From the IMG/VR virus record IMGVR_UViG_3300009528_000001: a stretch of 64,000 nucleotides of DNA, one strand, 5' to 3'. Shown piece by piece: positions 60,464-64,000 of this stretch. The position numbers and the translations under genes are program-made. Position 1 is the stretch's first letter. Every line of letters starts with the position of its first letter. The notes beneath the pieces were generated by a model. That model was not told the DNA's origin and did no database searches. It saw nothing but the letters and a program-made list of their open reading frames with translations. Origin of the DNA: an uncultured virus (IMG/VR IMGVR_UViG_3300009528_000001) (Duplodnaviria > Heunggongvirae > Uroviricota > Caudoviricetes).

Positions 60464-60549
60464 CGGAATTATCCCCTAACGTACAGTTTTTTGTTGATTT
60501 AGGTTGATATACTTGATACCCTCTTTGTTAATTATTATAAGGAGGTATC

Positions 60550-61044
60550 ATGGCGGATAAATTGTTTGATATTGTATTTAGTTTCATAATTAATAGGTGG
60601 AGTATGGTTCAATCAGTGCCATTAGAGATTTATTTGATCTACTCATTATTGTTCTATTTTATATTTAATTGGCGTTATAGGGATATTTTCAAAACGAAAG
60701 ATGAGACTATAAGCGCATTAAAAAACCAAATAAAGCACGCAGGTAAGAACACGCAAGAATCGCCTGACAATACAACAAAAAGCTTGAAGAAACAATTAAT
60801 AGAGTTATCAGATGCAATAGTCGTATTTGTTTCTAAATGCGAAGAAGATGATATGCTAATCCATGATGTATTAGAAGATTATCGAGTTCATTATAATAAC
60901 AACGTAGTGCTACTCTATGAACAAGCGAAAGAACAAGGATATTCAGATGATATCCTGGATAATATTTATAGACGGCCGCCGCTCCTTAGTTATATGAGTG
61001 CCATTGCAAAGAAATTAAGAGTAGTGTCTGATAAAATGCCTTAA
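60550..61044 (+). CDS. IS passenger membrane-anchored protein
   Basis: RBS AGGAGG, N-terminal TM segment, lies inside the TIRs, convergent with the transposase. Confidence 0.65.
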   Translation: MADKLFDIVFSFIINRWSMVQSVPLEIYLIYSLLFYFIFNWRYRDIFKTKDETISALKNQIKHAGKNTQESPDNTTKSLKKQLIELSDAIVVFVSKCEEDDMLIHDVLEDYRVHYNNNVVLLYEQAKEQGYSDDILDNIYRRPPLLSYMSAIAKKLRVVSDKMP

Positions 61045-61931
61045 CCTAAAATTGCCTGGCTTAAAACCAAATCGAACATATTGGAATCAGATCTATTGTT
61101 CCAGCGAAAACAAAACTCGTTAATGTAATTTTGCAAATACTTAACCGACACATGATAATAAATACCGTAAATACCGCGTTTTAATGTAGCCCAGAAAGAT
61201 TCAATATTGTTTGTATGAATATCGCCATTTGAATATTCAACTGTATGATCTATCCTCAAATGTGCATGGTTAGTCGAGGAAAACTTGTTGTATCCCTTGA
61301 ATTCATCAGTAACTATTATGGAATTTTCTTTACTGTGTTTGTCCAAAATAGAAAGTAATTGAATGCCAGTTAATTTCTTTCCTAATCCGTCTGGAACAGC
61401 TACTTCAGCATGGACTTTCTTATTGTCTCTGTCGGCCACTCCTACAACTGGAGATTTTTTAGTACCCCTGCCTCTTTTATTGTTTTCATCATCGTTATTG
61501 TTCTTTTTAGGTTTCCCGCCAATATATGTTTCATCCATTTCAAGGACTGTTTCATTAAATTTATTGTCTCGTTCATTTCCCATAGATATTCTTATTTGCT
61601 TGAGCATTCTCCAGGCTGTCTTGTATGTAACACCAATCTCTCGTTGTAATTGTAGGCCAGATATGCCTTTCTTGCCATTCAAGAAAAGATGGATAGCATA
61701 CATCCATTTTCGGAGATCAGTTGATGTTTTCTCAAAGATGGTGTCTTTGAAAATAGAAAAATTATTCTTACAATCATTACAAGCAAAAACTTTTGGATAT
61801 TTATGTCTTTGATAAACTTTAAGCGATCCGCAATGATTACAAGCAACTTCTTTGCCATAACGGATAGCAATAAAATGATCTATAACTTTTTTTTCTGTTG
61901 GAAACTTATTTAAAAACTCAATGAATGTCAT
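61041..61931 (-). CDS. IS1595 (ISXO2-like) DDE transposase
   Basis: Zn ribbon, HTH, EMDETYIGG, IVTDE, HTNNIESFW and YINEFCFRWN. Confidence 0.95.
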   Translation of the reverse strand: MTFIEFLNKFPTEKKVIDHFIAIRYGKEVACNHCGSLKVYQRHKYPKVFACNDCKNNFSIFKDTIFEKTSTDLRKWMYAIHLFLNGKKGISGLQLQREIGVTYKTAWRMLKQIRISMGNERDNKFNETVLEMDETYIGGKPKKNNNDDENNKRGRGTKKSPVVGVADRDNKKVHAEVAVPDGLGKKLTGIQLLSILDKHSKENSIIVTDEFKGYNKFSSTNHAHLRIDHTVEYSNGDIHTNNIESFWATLKRGIYGIYYHVSVKYLQNYINEFCFRWNNRSDSNMFDLVLSQAILG

Positions 61932-62186
61932 GGTACGCTCCTTTTGTGTCGTTAACTTATACTTTAAGTATACCATGATTTTACTGTATGTCAAGGGATA
62001 ATTCCGAAATATAATCCAGAAAGATATGATTATGGGATAATAAAAGAAAGCTTTGTTTGTGGTTGTTCATCTTTTTCTAGTGCGAAAGATGGCAAGTTTA
62101 CAATCAATACCTTCTGCACTGAATGTACTAAAATGATAGAGTTTCCCAAAAATAACCCGGCTTGACACCCCTTTGAAAGGAAGATT

Positions 62187-62432
62187 ATGAATAATTTAAG
62201 TTTCCAAGGTTTAACGGAAGATGGTTTTAATAGAAGATGTCGGGATTTATATTCAGACAACAGACTTGTAATGATTTACAAAGATGGTGATGCCTGGTGT
62301 GCCTTGATTGGAGAGAATATACAAGAAGGTCATGCCGGATTTGGGAACACCGTTGAAGATGCCTTAATTGACCTTGCTAATGGTTTAAAAGCAAACTGTT
62401 CGGATTATATAAATAATGAGGGGGAATTATAA
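62187..62432 (+). CDS. Hypothetical protein (HicB-like N-terminal pattern)
   Basis: DGDAWCA...GHAGFGNTVEDAL. Confidence 0.5.
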   Translation: MNNLSFQGLTEDGFNRRCRDLYSDNRLVMIYKDGDAWCALIGENIQEGHAGFGNTVEDALIDLANGLKANCSDYINNEGEL

Positions 62433-62633
62433 TGGTTGTCGTAATCGGGCAGCGGTCCCCAAAAAACAAAATATTATCTTGTAATTATTGTAAATGGTCA
62501 AACATTCAGCCAAGACCTGATTGGTGTACAAGGGAACACAATGGATGTGGAAGATCGGCAGGTATAAATGATAATAGATTCTTTGAAGAAGCGGCGAGAA
62601 ACCCTTGACACCCCCTTTTTTTGAGGATGAAAA

Positions 62634-63056
62634 ATGGATCACGATGAATTAGTCTTGCGAGCCGGTATATGGCTCAAGAATAGCATGCGGTGCCGTCCTG
62701 TGTTGTTAGAATGCTCAACGATGTATGGCATAGAAATACCTGATGCCCTTGGTTTTGTAACCGGCACTGGCTCGTCAATCTTGATAGAATGCAAAGCCAG
62801 TAAGGGTGATTTTAGTTCAGATAGAAGTAAAATATTCAGAAAAAATCCGGAAATAGGAATGGGTGTGAAAAGATATTTCATGGTGGATAAAGACTTTATA
62901 ATCCCTGGATCATTGCCGGATAACTGGGGATTGTTGAGGGTCTGGCCGAAACAAGTAAGGATCATAAAACAATCTGGTGGATTCAATGCCGACAGGAATG
63001 CAGAAATTAAATTATTATTGTCGCATATCTGGAAGTTGGGGAATAACCCGGCTTGA
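62634..63056 (+). CDS. PD-(D/E)XK-fold protein (MmcB-like)
   Basis: EIPDALG...LIECKASKGDF..D and LPDNWGLL motifs. Confidence 0.7.
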   Translation: MDHDELVLRAGIWLKNSMRCRPVLLECSTMYGIEIPDALGFVTGTGSSILIECKASKGDFSSDRSKIFRKNPEIGMGVKRYFMVDKDFIIPGSLPDNWGLLRVWPKQVRIIKQSGGFNADRNAEIKLLLSHIWKLGNNPA

Positions 63057-63079
63057 CACCCCCCTTTTGAAAGGAAGAC

Positions 63080-63421
63080 ATGGAACCTAAAAATATTAGA
63101 CGCAGGCCTTCAATTACACATTTTTCCCGTATTATGGAAAAAGTTCTAAGAAACAATGATCATAAACAAGGATGGTCTGATCTTCGGTTCGACATCCTTC
63201 TCACTCGCATCAGGCAGGAAACTGACGAACTGCTATATGCTCACTTCCGGAATAAGCTAGATACATTTGAAGAAAAACCATTAACCGAAAAACAAGTTGT
63301 TGAATTTGTAGCTGAATGTGCCGACATTGCCAACTTCGCAATGATGCTTTCTGAAAACATGATTCGTCGTTTTTCACAGAAAGACACACTAGAACGATAT
63401 GATTTTGACTTTTTCTTTTAA
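63080..63421 (+). CDS. MazG-like nucleotide pyrophosphohydrolase
   Basis: QETDEL and ECADIANFAMM motifs. Confidence 0.65.
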   Translation: MEPKNIRRRPSITHFSRIMEKVLRNNDHKQGWSDLRFDILLTRIRQETDELLYAHFRNKLDTFEEKPLTEKQVVEFVAECADIANFAMMLSENMIRRFSQKDTLERYDFDFFF

Positions 63422-63485
63422 CCGTATTTTCTGAGGGGCGAGGGCTTAATTGGCACTTGGCACCCCTTTTTTTGTGGAGAAAAAA

Positions 63486-63893
63486 ATGGCAGGACTAAAA
63501 CCCCAAGGACATTCTTCTGGTGGCAGTGATCTATTAGAGAGAGAATCTTTGTCGGATACTATTGCAAGGCGTTTGGATTTAGTTAAAGAGCTGCATCTCA
63601 TTGAGGGCAAATTGTCTGTAGTAAATTCATTAATTAAGAGGGGCGAAATTCACCATAATTGTGACTTGCAAAAAAACATTCAACAAAGACAAATATTAAT
63701 ATTAGAGAAAAACAATATTATTGATTTATTAATTACTTTCAAGGATGTTATAAATAAGAAAAAACAGTCCGTAGTGGATGGGCCGGGAAGTAAAGATAAG
63801 ATATTATTACATATAGAGGAAGAGCTAAATAGCATAAAATGCCAATTGCATGACTTAATAGATATTATTAGATTTGCTATCGAGAAAGAATAA
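63486..63893 (+). CDS. Coiled-coil hypothetical protein
   Basis: ATG follows a repeat copy and GGAG. Confidence 0.55.
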   Translation: MAGLKPQGHSSGGSDLLERESLSDTIARRLDLVKELHLIEGKLSVVNSLIKRGEIHHNCDLQKNIQQRQILILEKNNIIDLLITFKDVINKKKQSVVDGPGSKDKILLHIEEELNSIKCQLHDLIDIIRFAIEKE

Positions 63894-64000
63894 ATGCGGC
63901 TTGACACCCCTTTTTTTTACGCTATAATGTAGAAAACTAAGCAAAGAGTTGAACTAAATTGGGGGTTTATTTTGATAAAAGAGGAAATAATTGCTATTCG

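Larger units (their letters stand above)
60464..62006 (-). mobile_element. IS1595-family element with passenger gene
   Basis: 24-bp terminal inverted repeats CGGAATTATCCC..., 21/24 match, at 60464-87 and 61983-62006. Confidence 0.9.
59957..63928 (+). repeat. Dispersed TTGACACCCC(T)n gene-junction repeat, 7 copies
   Basis: Copies at 59957, 60300, 62162, 62605, 63053, 63457 (TTGGCA variant) and 63901. Confidence 0.9.

Noticed and set aside
60513..60526. TTGATACCCTCTTT as an eighth junction repeat
   Set aside because: It is degenerate and lies inside the IS; more likely the passenger gene's own -35 box.
59957..63928. CRISPR array or classical integron
   Set aside because: Spacing is gene-sized and irregular; there are no attC-type palindromes, cas genes or intI gene in the window.
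1..64000. Alternative genetic code (TGA=Gly/Trp) suggested by the TGA at 10131
   Set aside because: Many clear genes end in TGA at their expected C-termini (e.g. terL 15854, MTase 5051), and long genes are intact under code 11.

Overview
The window is an AT-rich segment of a tailed dsDNA phage or prophage with a long non-contractile tail. No host housekeeping genes, integrase, replicase or recognisable endolysin are visible. Gene order: middle/early genes (C5 and N4/N6 DNA methyltransferases, YopX, RusA, HNH; 1-6.1 kb); a leftward RHH-led operon (6.1-7.7 kb); a displaced virion-accessory module (8.4-11.5 kb); a self-contained promoter-gene-structured RNA unit (11.6-12.8 kb); terminase, portal and intein-bearing MuF (14.3-20.4 kb); protease, decoration and capsid (24.2-27.2 kb); a ~14-kb glycan/methyl/sulfo modification cluster between capsid and neck genes (27.6-41.6 kb); neck and tail genes (41.6-50.5 kb); leftward early genes including a Sak4-like ATPase (50.9-57.9 kb); and rightward genes separated by a recurring TTGACACCCC(T)n junction, containing an IS1595 element (58-64 kb). 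The best candidate for an undescribed system is the 250-aa helical protein followed by a circularly permuted, CCA-encoding tRNA-like RNA (YrlA-like topology, no Ro60 in view) and a second atypical tRNA. All calls come from reading motifs by eye; no searches were run.
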